This document shows, one piece after another, positions 1 to 11,540 of a stretch of 64,000 bases of DNA. A program made the position numbers and the translations under genes. Below the pieces are notes generated by a model. It was not told the DNA's origin. It searched no databases and worked only from the letters and a program-made list of their open reading frames with translations. The stretch is from Narcine bancroftii. Taxonomy: Eukaryota. The stretch's first letter is position 1. Each line of letters opens with the position of its first letter. Location of the stretch: positions 12,586,001 through 12,650,000 of the forward strand of contig NC_091476.1 in the NCBI RefSeq assembly GCF_036971445.1, in the 5' to 3' direction.

Positions 1-54
1 AATGTAGAGTTGACTCAAATAAATGAAATACCTATGGGTGAAAAATAACAGTAA

Positions 55-540
55 ACATTTATTGTTATACACATGATACAATGTATATAGGCACCAAAAT
101 TATTGCTTGCCACAGCTGAACTGGTATTTGTAAAAAATATATAACAGTAATCTTAATTGAATTAAAAAAGAAAATACAACACAGAAAATAATTCACAGTA
201 ATCCTGGTGCAAATAATAGTGACCTGTCATAGAACCCACAGTCCTGTGCTGTCAGAACAGTTCCTGATTCGTGCAGCGATAGGTTTGAGACTGACAGGCG
301 TGAGAAAGAAACTGTGAACCTGGAGAGCTGGTTTTTAGGCCTCTATGCCATCTGCCCAAAGGTTGCAGTCAGAAGAGGTTGTGGCCAGTGGGAGGGGTCC
401 AATGTTTTGGACTTGAGCCTTCATCAAGGTTCAAGCCTGAAACGTTGGTTATGTTGAAATATGGATTCCTGGAACTTGAAGGTTTGAAACCTCTCCACCT
501 GCCTTCTTGAGGCAGCAGCTCATGCACATATCAGCAATAG
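55..540 (-). mobile_element. Degraded Rex1/Babar-like LINE 3' fragment
   Basis: Resembles the reverse complement of the 3' ends of the Rex1-like copies at 40520-41935 and 55300-56390; boundaries approximate. Confidence 0.4.
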
Positions 541-949
541 AGGACAAAATAAAGCCATTTCTTCAGTATCACAAAGTACTTTCCCACCCCCCCCAACAAA
601 GTACCTGTTTGGCCACAGCACGTACAAGGTATACGAGTATAAAATCATCATTAATCTAAACATCTAAATCCAAAGAGATGTCAGAAGAGGGTAAATAATT
701 CATCTTATTTCAATTTCCACCAAAAGAACTTGCCCACTACTTTGCACTCTTGAAAGTATTTGGTTTGTGATGAAGACGCATTTACCATCTACTTTTAACA
801 TTTAACACTTTCGAATTTGCAACTTACATTAGATTTTCTCCAGTTTACTCTGCAGTTCAGTTATTTCCCTTCCTACTTCTTTAAAGAAGAAAACCTCCAG
901 AACTCCCAAATATTGAGCCCAATGCCACTTCACGCCTGAGGCAACCATT

Positions 950-1460
950 CTCCTGACAGGGACCGCGGGAGGGAGGGGGGGGGTTAGATACCCCACCCCT
1001 CACCCTCCCAAGGTGAAGGGTGGCCTATCTCTGGGGTCAGAAATTGGGCCGCGGCCGAGGTGGAGGAGGCAGCACGCTTCCACGAAAGGGAGGAACACAC
1101 AAAAGCTCACTCCACGCTCGGCGGCCGGTTCGCGGTCCCTTCCCCGCGCGGGCCAACGTCCAGATCCCCAGCACAGGTCGGGGCCCCAGACTTTCCTTGC
1201 CGTCCGCCCACTTACAAGTCACTTCTGCCGCCTTTCTCCCAGTTCTTCAGCCAGTCGCCCGAGAAGACCATCACCGCCATCTTAGCTGCACACCATCCTG
1301 CGCCCGGGAGCCCGGATGCTCCCCCTCCCCCTACTGGTGAGCGGCGGGGTCAGAGTTGAACGGAGTTTGGGAGCGGCGTGTCGGGAGTCCGGGCCCAGAG
1401 GCTTCCAAAAACCGCAATCGGCTGGCCGAGAAACGGAAAGGGCCGGATCCCCTGTATCTT
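950..1460. promoter_or_regulatory. CpG island / THOC2 promoter
   Basis: Sharp rise in GC and CpG over AT-rich flanks. A YY1-like AAGATGGCG overlaps the THOC2 start codon on the minus strand. Confidence 0.8.
1216..1280 (-). CDS. THOC2: THO complex subunit 2, first coding exon (rest of gene lies left of the window)
   Basis: Reverse complement reads aagATGGCGGTGATGGTCTTCTCGGGCGACTGGCTGAAGAACTGGGAGAAAGGCGGCAGAAGTGACTT|gtaagt = MAVMVFSGDWLKNWEKGGRSD(F). This matches the recalled THOC2 N-terminus ([24 protein letters not shown]), ends at a consensus donor, and THOC2 is the known head-to-head neighbour of XIAP. Too short for the ORF track. Confidence 0.9.
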
Positions 1461-1757
1461 GGCCCTCAAGCCTCAGTATTTTTTGGGGGGGGTGACCATT
1501 CGAGAGAAAAAAAAGAAAGGAGCACTTGGTCACCACCTTTCAGCAGATGTGAAGAAAGAGAAAACAGAGTGAAAGGCCGAATTATTATTAGAGGCCAAGG
1601 TTCTCAGCAGGGAGAGGGGACATGGCGTTTGGAGCTGAAGGAATTGGTGAACATGGGATCATGACAAAAGTAATGTTTTGACAATGATTAAAGAAGATTT
1701 TTTTTTAAATTTAAATTTTGGACCTTAAAAATACAGCACTGGGGTGGCTGATTATGT

Positions 1758-2607
1758 GGTTACGAGTCCAGAGGGCCCCCAAACCCAGCAGCAATAGATA
1801 TCCATCGCGACAAGGGGTTACTTCCACCAAAGTTGCTTTTAATGATCTTTGAACATGAAAATAGAATCAAACTTTAACTTATCTCGATCGAATCGCTTAA
1901 CCCCCCTTCTCATTCTAAGCGCGCGCCAGTGTGTGTGTAAGTTCAGCAAAGTTCTTGGGTTCGCAGTCCAATGTGGCTGGTCGCAGGCATTTCTTGGACT
2001 GTGCACAGAAGTTAAGGTGAATAAAGTTCACCGAGCTTTGGTGCTCAACAGGTAAATGGTTACCACTCAGAAGGGTTCTTGTTGGTTTTCAGAGAGAGAG
2101 TTTATCTTGTTCCAGGACATGCACAACTGATTCCTTTTTAATCAGCCACTCCAGTGTCCTACTGATAAAACTTGGCCCCTTCCTGGTTCTCCAGACATTA
2201 ACCTCTTTCTTTCAGGTCATCACAGAGTTCCTTTCTGTTTTCACCTTTTCCAAGGGAAATACTGGACAGCCAGTCCTCTCCTTTGACCAGGCCGTCTTCC
2301 AAAGCTTGCCAGCTTGTCCCTCTGGAATCAATGTCGTGCCTGTCTCTCTCACTCCCTCCAATTCTAAGAGGAAAGCCTGTTTTTTCCTCCTCTCTGCCTA
2401 CAAAGATCACATGACCTTCAGATTGCAAATTCTTTTTCCAGAGCTGCTACTGCCTTTTATTAAATTTGTTGCCTTCTGCAAACACTATTATTGAAGTCTC
2501 TGAGCACTCCGCAAAAGCTCTTGCAAAAATTCTGTTTTAATGTGTTTGTGTGCTCTAACAAACCTTTCCCAATTTATCTCCCAAACACCTCTACATACTC
2601 TGTCACA
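1758..2607 (-). mobile_element. Probable solo LTR (about 850 bp)
   Basis: Ends (g)GTTACGAG...CTCTGTCACA, i.e. TGTGACAG...CGTAAC(c) on the minus strand. Flanks ATGT/ATAT are an imperfect 4-bp TSD; one terminal base deviates from TG..CA. Confidence 0.45.
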
Positions 2608-4896
2608 ATATGAGACTCTTAAACTCTGCGTTCTTAAGGTGAGGTGGTGTTTCTCAATTGGTATATTGTAGGCCAAGCATTGTTGATAAGTGTGAAAGAA
2701 ATATGAATTTAACTAGGAATGCTGCTGGACTCACTACATTCTACCATTAAGTTGTTTTGTTCTCAAGTTCATTCTTGCAGATGGAACATGGGAGTTGAGT
2801 ATCAGAACATTATTTGGACAATAATGGAGAAAATAACAATGTCAATTTGTTTCACAATTTTGATAATCAAAGCAATTCTACAAGAGTGCTGTTGAATAAA
2901 ATAATTCATACCAAGGCAGATGAAGAGATTTTTTTTTAATCCAAGTTCTTTCAAATTCACCAGAATATCAGGTGACCACTTGGGTAGTCCCTTAACCTTG
3001 GACTGCCACATCATCTTTTGACTGAACATTAGTAGGGTTTGAGGAGAATTTATTTCTCAGCATTAAAAGAGAAGGACAGGAGGTTTCTTAATTAGTTTTA
3101 AATTGACGGTTCTTGTATACTGAGGTAAGGGCTAATATCTTAAAAGTCTTCCACAATTAACTCTTTGTCTATTGTTTAAAAAAAAGGAGTTCATAGTTTA
3201 TCTTGAATTTATTCTCTTCCTGTTCAGGAGTTGTTTAAAATTATGTGGACTATTATCTGAAGCTGGACCAAGGTAAAACTAAATTGCATCAGTCATATCT
3301 GGCAAGAATTGAAATTTGAAATATATCATCATCAAGGACCCATTTCTCCATTTCATTTTTCTAATGATAAACATTTAAAGATTTTATTCATTTCAGTGTT
3401 TAAAGTGAAAGTGAATGAAAAATGAATTTTCTGAATGATACAAATAAATCATGTCGATGGCATTTTCCATATCTGTACAACAAATGGTGGTATTTCTTCA
3501 ATTAACAGTGCATAACCATGCAATCACTCAGTTACATCATTCACAGACACAATCCAGGAAAAGACAGCAAATTTTGTTCACAGAAGGAAACTTGAGAACC
3601 AGATGGTGTTTTATTTTTTAATAATAATCTGATTGTTTCATAGTAACCATAACTGTGACTATTTTTTCTGAAAAATATTACCATTTTGTTTAAGCCACAA
3701 TAAACATGGAAACAGAACTCTCGATCTTTGATCTCCAATATTATTGCTAGCACTAAAATCTTTATAAATTAAAATTTTGGTCAAATATATGAGCACATAT
3801 AGTCATCGACAATACACAAATGTGCTGGAGAAACTTAGTAAATCATGCAGAATCTAAAAGAAGTAAAGGGTATTTGGGCTTGGGACCTGTATTGCCTGCT
3901 GAGTTTCTCTAGCTCATTGTGTATTACACTCGATCCCAACATCTGCAGGCTTTCTTGTCTAACTGCACTCTGCTGCACCAAGTTCCATCCATTCCTCATA
4001 CTATATTTAGTCTCAGACTTCCTTCATGCTCTTCGATGAGCTTGAAACCACATATCCACAAGCCAATTTCACTTCTCTAATTCTGTCCACTGCAAACTCT
4101 GCTTCAGTCTTTCAGTTTCAGAAATTTTCTTTGATGCCTCAGTTATTTTAGACTTGACTACTTCATCACACTGCTATTGGATTCCCTTATTCTACTCTAC
4201 AAACATGACATCATCAAAATCTCTATTGCCTCTCCAAATTCCACTTCCTCTTCAAATATCACCCATGCATTTGACAACATACATTATCTTCCTGTTATAA
4301 TGATTTTACCACTGTTTTAAAATCCTGTTGTGGTCTTTCCTCTCAAAAATGCTCAATAGATGTGATCCTCTGAAGGCCATTATTGAATTCAACCACTTGC
4401 ACATTCTCAATTGTGTTCTCACCTCAAGTTCTTCCTTCATCTGTTCCACTTCTCTTGACTAAAACCTTTAATTTGGTTCACAGTGAGGTGGGGGAAGGGT
4501 AATTTCAGCGGTTTTACGGAACGCCAACCCTTTTGATTTTTTTTTGAACCCCCATGTTATAAATTCAATACGTTCCCGCCCGATGCTTTTCTCAAATCAG
4601 CTCCCTCCTGCCTCCAGGTCCGTGACCTCTTGGCGAAGGTGATGGTATTGTGGGCAGACAATTCTTTCAATTCAATTGGAATGAATGTTTTATTGCTCGA
4701 TAAAGTATTGTTGCATCAGTTCAAAAGAAAACGAGAGATGGCTTTGTCTCGGAATTTGGAACACGACCACTTTGAGGGAAATAATTTGCAAAACGGAGAG
4801 GGAAGACACTTCCTCAGAGACAGAACTTGACTTTTGCCGAGCACGATCCAGCTGCCGATGTTCGTTTTAAAAGCTCGAATTACTCGTATCGACCCC

Positions 4897-5372
4897 TGTC
4901 AGAAATAAAACTTCTCACACATGAGTCTCTTTAAAACTGATGACACGACAAGCTTTATTTACAAGTCTGCAGAGTTGGACTCAACTGGTTTCTCACCAGT
5001 TAAGCCCCGATACATACAGTGCATTGATTTTTATACCTTTATTATTTGCCCTTCCCCTTCTTATTAATACTGTTTTAATTGGTTAGTATTACAAAAACAT
5101 TCTAAGTATAACTGCATTATTAATTATCACGTTCGTTACGTACGCTGTGAACTCTACATTCACTGAATTCTGTTTCTCACACTTCTTATCAATCCTTTGT
5201 CTCCTGCATGTCTCTCACTATGACCATGAAAAGATAGGTTTAAAAAAACATATTCAGCAGCTCCTTCTGTCCTTGACTGCTAGTAAACTCTCTGTCCGTT
5301 CTGGCTTCCCTGTTTATGATTAATCATCACATTTTAACTTAAGTCTTTTTAACCTAAATTCTCTATATCACA
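4897..5372 (-). mobile_element. Solo LTR, 476 bp (copy A)
   Basis: TG...CA termini, 5-bp TSD ACCCC (4892-4896 and 5373-5377). Reverse complement of 8445-8920 with one mismatch seen by eye. Confidence 0.9.
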
Positions 5373-5449
5373 ACCCCAACACCTGAAACAAGTTCTCTCT
5401 CTCCCTGTTGAAGCAATGACAATGCCCCTCCCGAGTCAACTTTACCCCT

Positions 5450-6000
5450 GCAAACGGTCCCGTTTGATCACCTGGCCAAGTCGAAAGAACGGGGGCGTTT
5501 CTTTGCCCTGCAGTGCTTGACCCCCCCGCCCCCGCCCCGCATGACCACCCAAATGAAGCAGTGCTATTTCGTGCCACCAGACGGTTAATTCACGAGTCGC
5601 AAGGCCACTGCAAGAACCTTCAATGGCCTCCTCTGGCGACGCCTGCCTCAACTCAGGCGAGTGAGTCACGACGAAGGCGACGGCGGATGAGTCACGACGA
5701 AGGCGACGGCGGATGAGTCACGACGAAGGCGACGGCGGATGAGTCACGACGAAGGCGACGGCGATCTTGTGATTGGCATCGCTTCGCACCAATGGGATGA
5801 GCCCCTCCCGGATTTCCGACCAATCCCTGTTGCGGGGGCGGGATTTGATTCCATGACGTGTCGCATCCCGGAGTTGAACGACTCGGGCCTGCGAATGGTT
5901 TCCTCACTGACGTGACGAGAGCCGGGTCCGCCAGGGGGGCCCTCGTCGGAGAGATCTTTGGGAAGGACAGATTGAGGTGAATCTCTGCTGTGAAATTCGT
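5450..6000 (+). promoter_or_regulatory. CpG island, probable XIAP promoter and non-coding exon 1
   Basis: CpG-rich. CCAAT/ATTGG boxes near 5772, 5789 and 5820, GC box GGGGCGGG near 5836, TGACGTG motifs near 5854 and 5908, candidate donor GAG|GTGAAT at 5976/5977. Lies 5.4 kb upstream of the first coding exon. Confidence 0.6.
5662..5763 (+). repeat. 26-bp tandem repeat, about 3.9 copies (TGAGTCACGACGAAGGCGACGGCGGA)
   Basis: Identical units start at 5662, 5688, 5714 and 5740. Confidence 0.95.
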
Positions 6001-6314
6001 TGCTGGCTCTCAGTGAAACCGACTAATCTTGTTTGGGGCCTTGCCTCGGTTCTCCTGGAAAGGCACTCCCCAGGTGTTTGCAACAATGAAGTGTTGGAGC
6101 TGAGCCTTTCACTCTTTTAAAGCTGTAAGCTTTATTCTCAAGGCCAACTTAAACATTTTCCATAACGTTATACAAGGTTGTATCATACCTTGGCTTTCTT
6201 TCCAGGATCTTGTGGGATTATGGTGAATAATGAAGATATCTTGTAGTTGGGACGTTACTTTTTTGGATTGAAAATTGCACTTCTATGTTTTTATTGCTAT
6301 TTTAATGTGGGTAC

Positions 6315-8351
6315 TGTTGGAATCTAGGGGTTAAAACATTATGAAAGAAATGATTAATTAATAAGTTTATATGTACTGCATGGGTCAGGGAAAAAGAGGA
6401 ATGTGATTAAGTGGCAATCACAGCATGGAGCAAAGTTGGCTGAGCAAAATGGTCTGCTCCCAAATACAGGGAGAGGAAATGCATAAAACGATTTAGGAGG
6501 AATGCTCAAACTGAACGAGGTGGTGGGTAGCACAGGAGACACAGGCCAGATCAGAACAAAGAATGGCCCGCAAGAATCAAAGGGAATGGAAAACCAGTCT
6601 AGGAGGAAGATTAAGGCACGAGGAGGTGTTAAAGAGAACAGCAGAAATTGGCCAGACAGGGACCGAATGGTGATTAGAAATATCTGGGGATGAATTAATT
6701 TCAGATCTAAACAACAGGATAGTCTGGCCTGGAGGATTAACATGGGAATGCTACACCCCAGAAATCTGCAAAACAGGAGATGACTTGTGATAACCCTTAT
6801 GCAAAAAATTCTAGCAGGGAAAACAACTTTTGTTCTGTGTGATAAGATTGACCTATATAAACTGTGCCAACTGGACAATAGGGGTCAGTCTTGGGGAATA
6901 GCTCACTGTGCAAGTGACCTATGAACTAACGACTGACCCAGAGCTCTGTTAAGTTTTATTCTTGTGCTGTGTAATAAACTGACTGTTGAACCGAATACCT
7001 TCTCCTATCACTTCATTCAAAGAACACGCTGGACTCAGACCACACATAGGCTAAATTCTTTGGCTTGGCTTCGCGGACGAAGATTTATGGAGGGGGTAAA
7101 AAGTCCACGTCAGCTGCAGGCTCGTTTGTGGCTGACCAGTCCGATGCGGGACAGGCAGACACGATTGCAGCGGTTGCAAGGGAAAATTGGTTGGTTGGGG
7201 TTGGGTGTTGGGTTTTTCCTCCTTTGCCTTTTGTCAGTGAGGTGGGCTCTGCGGTCTTCTTCAAAGGAGGCTGCTGCCCGCCAAACTGTGAGGCGCCAAG
7301 ATGCACGGTTTGAGGCGTTATCAGCCCACTGGCGGTGGTCAATGTGGCAGGCACCAAGAGATTTCTTTAGGCAGTCCTTGTACCTTTTCTTTGGTGCACC
7401 TCTGTCACGGTGGCCAGTGGAGAGCTCGCCATATAATACGATCTTGGGAAGGCGATGGTCCTCCATTCTGGAGACGTGACCCATCCAGCGCAGCTGGATC
7501 TTCAGCAGCGTGGACTCGATGCTGTCGACCTCTGCCATCTCGAGTACCTCGACGTTAGGGGTGTGAGCGCTCCAATGGATGTTGAGGATGGAGCGGAGAC
7601 AACGCTGGTGGAAGCGTTCTAGGAGCCGTAGGTGGTGCCGGTAGAGGACCCATGATTCGGAGCCGAACAGGAGTGTGGGTATGACAACGGCTCTGTATAC
7701 GCTTATCTTTGTGAGGTTTTTCAGTTGGTTGTTTTTCCAGACTCTTTTGTGTAGTCTTCCAAAGGCGCTATTTGCCTTGGCGAGTCTGTTGTCTATCTCA
7801 TTGTCGATCCTTGCATCTGATGAAATGGTGCAGCCGAGATAGGTAAACTGGTTGACCGTTTTGAGTTTTGTGTGCCCGATGGAGATGTGGGGGGGCTGGT
7901 AGTCATGGTGGGGAGCTGGCTGATGGAGGACCTCAGTTTTCTTCAGGCTGACTTCCAGGCCAAACATTTTGGCAGTTTCCGCAAAGCAGGACGTCAAGCG
8001 CTGAAGAGCTGGCTCTGAATGGGCAACTAAAGCGGCATCATCTGCAAGGAGTAGTTCACGGACAAGTTTCTCTTGTGTCTTGGTGTGAGCTTGCAGGCGC
8101 CTCAGATTGAAGAGACTGCCATCCGTGCGGTACCGGATGTAAACAGCGTCTTCATTGTTGGGGTCTTTCATGGCTTGGTTCAGCATCATGCTGAAGAAGA
8201 TTGAAAAGAGGGTTGGTGCGAGAACACAGCCTTGCTTCACGCCATTGTTAATGGAGAAGGGTTCAGAGAGCTCATTGCTGTATCTGACCCGACCTTGTTG
8301 GTTTTCGTGCAGTTGGCTAAATTAAGAGTAAGGTAAAGCCAGAGTCCGACA
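6315..8351 (+). mobile_element. Solo LTR (about 770 bp) interrupted by an RTE LINE
   Basis: Termini TGTTGGA...TCCGACA, 4-bp TSD GTAC (6311-6314 and 8352-8355), TATATAA at 6854, AATAAA at 6973. The last 28 bp resume after the RTE insertion. Confidence 0.8.
7058..8314 (-). mobile_element. 5'-truncated RTE-clade LINE with open RT C-terminal ORF
   Basis: ORF 7110-8240 has KQGCVLAPTLF, LLLADD, FTYLG, LRWMGHVSRM and a terminal CxxC...H..C knuckle. 3' end GCCAAGCCAAAG; TSD GGCTAAATT at 7049-7057 and 8315-8323. Confidence 0.95.
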
Positions 8352-8444
8352 GTACGTTGGTTCAAAGTTCCTTCTACAAAAATATGTAAACTATACAGTA
8401 TACATCATCCTTTGCGTGCTTTAAGGCCAACACAGAGCTGTCAT

Positions 8445-8920
8445 TGTGATATAGAGAATTTAGGTTAAAAAGACTTAAGTTAAAATGTGATGATTAATCA
8501 TAAACAGGGAAGCCAGAACGGACAGAGAGTTTACTAGCAGTCAAGGACAGAAGGAGCTGCTGAATATGTTTTTTTAAACCTATCTTTTCATGGTCATAGT
8601 GAGAGACATGCAGGAGACAAAGGATTGATAAGAAGTGTGAGAAACAGAATTTAGTGAATGTAGAGTTCACAGCGTACGTAACGAACGTGATAATTAATAA
8701 TGCAGTTATACTTAGAATGTTTTTGTAATACTAACCAATTAAAACAGTATTAATAAGAAGGGGAAGGGCAAATAATAAAGGTATAAAAATCAATGCACTG
8801 TATGTATCGGGGCTTAACTGGTGAGAAACCAGTTGAGTCCAACTCTGCAGACTTGTAAATAAAGCTTGTCGTGTCATCAGTTTTAAAGAGACTCATGTGT
8901 GAGAAGTTTTATTTCTGACA
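8445..8920 (+). mobile_element. Solo LTR, 476 bp (copy B)
   Basis: TGTGAT...CTGACA termini, 5-bp TSD GTCAT (8440-8444 and 8921-8925), TATAAAA at 8782, AATAAA at 8858. Confidence 0.9.
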
Positions 8921-9509
8921 GTCATGACTTTGCCTCCAACAATAAGAGAGAGAGCAGCAAAAGAGTGTGTCCCTTCAGAGACGGTGTCTGGATTTGCCTC
9001 CAACGCCCCCTCAAGCTCTGAAGCCGCACAGACTCCCGTTCCACCCACTGGCGACCTGAGCTCCAAGTCCAAACCTCCAATATGGTTAGGAAGTCTTCAG
9101 CGCTGGACACCCTCTATTGGAGTCATTCATGCCCCGAGCACCCTTGATTCCTGGTTCTGGTTGCCATGACCTGAACTCCAGCAGCCTGCAACTTGTGTGG
9201 GTCCTTTGAATACAACAGCCTTTGTGGTCCCTTCAACCGCTGAGCCCATCACTGGTACATTGCCATGGTCTCCTTCCCCGTGCGATTGTCTCCTTAGCTT
9301 CTCCTTCTCAATGGTGGGTGGGGGAGGGTGTTCTGGCAGTTTCCGATGCCCTGTGCCTGTCCAACTGCTGGCCTAGAGTCTGCAACCCTCACGTATGTTC
9401 ATTGGTTAAGAATTAATGTTTTTGTGTTGGTACATATGTTATTACATTGTGAAAGTGACCTGAAAACTCTGCAGAAGAGATGTTTTTAAAATTACGGTTT
9501 TAATTCTTT

Positions 9510-9920
9510 AAGTTTAGATGTGCAACACGGGAACAGGGCCTTCTGGCCCATGATCCCATGCTGTCTAAATACCCCAATTAATGTACAACCTGGTACACTG
9601 AAAGGTGGGAGGGAACCAGGACACCCAGAGGAAACCCATGTATAAATATCTGACACACGGTGCTGTCGAATCCTGAGATCAAATCAAGTCATCACTCTGA
9701 GGTGGAGTTCAAATATGCTCAGTCTTTATTCCAGCATTACTGCTTCTTACTCCCTCGTGATCCTGTGCAACATGCCAGCCATTACAATCGATAACCAATC
9801 TCATCCTACAAGGCATTATCATCGATAACCAAACCATATTTATCACTACTACAAGTGCCAGATTCAAACTTCAAATCAGGTTACTGGCACTGTACCAACT
9901 GCAACATGAACTATGCCGTC
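9510..9920 (-). mobile_element. tRNA-type SINE, interrupted by a ~190-bp insert at about 9661-9853
   Basis: Same family as 21976-22200 and 53990-54213 (aacaggcc..ggcccatga..gaaacccat..gtgccagattcaaac). Confidence 0.5.
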
Positions 9921-11540
9921 CAACTTCTGATGTTGTAGATTCAAGCCCAATTTATATATTGATGAAATACTTTGGTGACAGGATCTCCATCACTTCAGGA
10001 TCACCTCTGATTAGAGTTCCAGTGTGCTTATTTCAGCAAACTTTTAAATTGTTTAATTGTGGTATCATAACCCAAAAATGGCCATGCTCATAGTTGTCAT
10101 ACATATCATAACCCCATTTGTTTGCATTAGATCATTCCCATGTGTACATTAGCTATTGTAGTGTCTGTCTAGATAACTCTTAAATACTGTGATTATACTT
10201 TCATCTTTGGCAGTATGTTCCAGATATCAATCACTTTGTGTGGAATAACTTTAACTAACTTCTCACTTTAAACTGCTTTCTCTTGTTCATGATGAACTGG
10301 CCAACCAACCAAGTAAAGGAGGCATTACTACTCTTTAAAAGTTTAGTGTAGTTCATTCTGTTTTCTGTTCAGTGGCAAGAATTGCATTTATGTCTCTTGC
10401 TGTATTTTTGCAGACTTCTTGGGCCAAAATGCAAACACTCTGTGTGTGATCTGTTTTGTAATATATTACCCTGCTTTCAGCCTTTCAACTTCACTACTGC
10501 TGTTTAGTTCCTTTTTAAGTTATGCTTCCATGATTTATGAAAGGGATTTCCCCATTCTTGCTTTTGGTAGGGGGGTTGAATTTCCACTGTTAAAGTTTCT
10601 ATCCACTGGCTTCTGACTTCTAAACCAATAAGCCAATATCAGTTTTCATAGTGTTGCTATTGTGGAAACACACTGATTTGAATTTGCTGAACAATTTTAA
10701 TTATTGGCTGAAGTAATTTTCATTTGAGGTTTTCTGCTGAACTTATTTGTTCATTATTTTTTTTCTGAACCTGCCTTTTATTTTATTGCTAGCTACTTAC
10801 AGCAAAATAGCAGCTGAGTAAGGCAGGTTAGAGGCGTTGCATGTGAAGGGAATGGAATAAGTTGTTCAATAACCCAGAAATTTGTTCCTGGTATTCAGGA
10901 TCAGCCACAAACACATAATAATAAGCAATTCAGTTTTACATACTAAATAAGTTGAATAATTACGCGATTATGATTTATATTTATGTTAATTGCATTGAAA
11001 TGAATGTAATTGCTCCATGCATTTGGTCAATTAAGATGGACCCATTTTTCCATTTTTTTTTTCAATTTTAATTATGCAAGTCTAGATTTGTATCATCTTC
11101 CTAAAATTGAGAACTTGATGTTGAAGTGAGAATTCTTTCCTTGGCTCATAGATTTAAAATGTTTCCCAGCTAATTCTTGCCTATTAACTTAATTACACAT
11201 TTTTTATGTAATTACATTGAGGAAAAAATATTTTGTCCTTGAATGTTCCTTTTGACTGCCTTCACAATTAAAAAAATGTCGTTGAAAAATGTGTATGTTG
11301 CGTAAAGAAATTAAGCTGTGTCTCATGATTTGATAGGGTTATTGTATAGACTAAAACTGTCAAAATATTTGTGATGATGAACTCTCACTCTTTTGATAGA
11401 TGCACAAAGTGAAATTCCAATCAGAAGAAGTTGATTGTTACTTTTAAATACCATTTGGAGAGACTCCTGAATTTTAAGTAACATCATCCAGGAAGCTATT
11501 TCTTTATGAACACGTAAGATCGAAAAGTTTTAACGACAGT

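Noticed and set aside
4897-8920. One large DNA transposon with 476-bp TIRs, or a full LTR retrotransposon
   Set aside because: Each copy has its own different TSD and TG..CA ends, the copies are inverted rather than direct, and no gag, pol or transposase lies between them.
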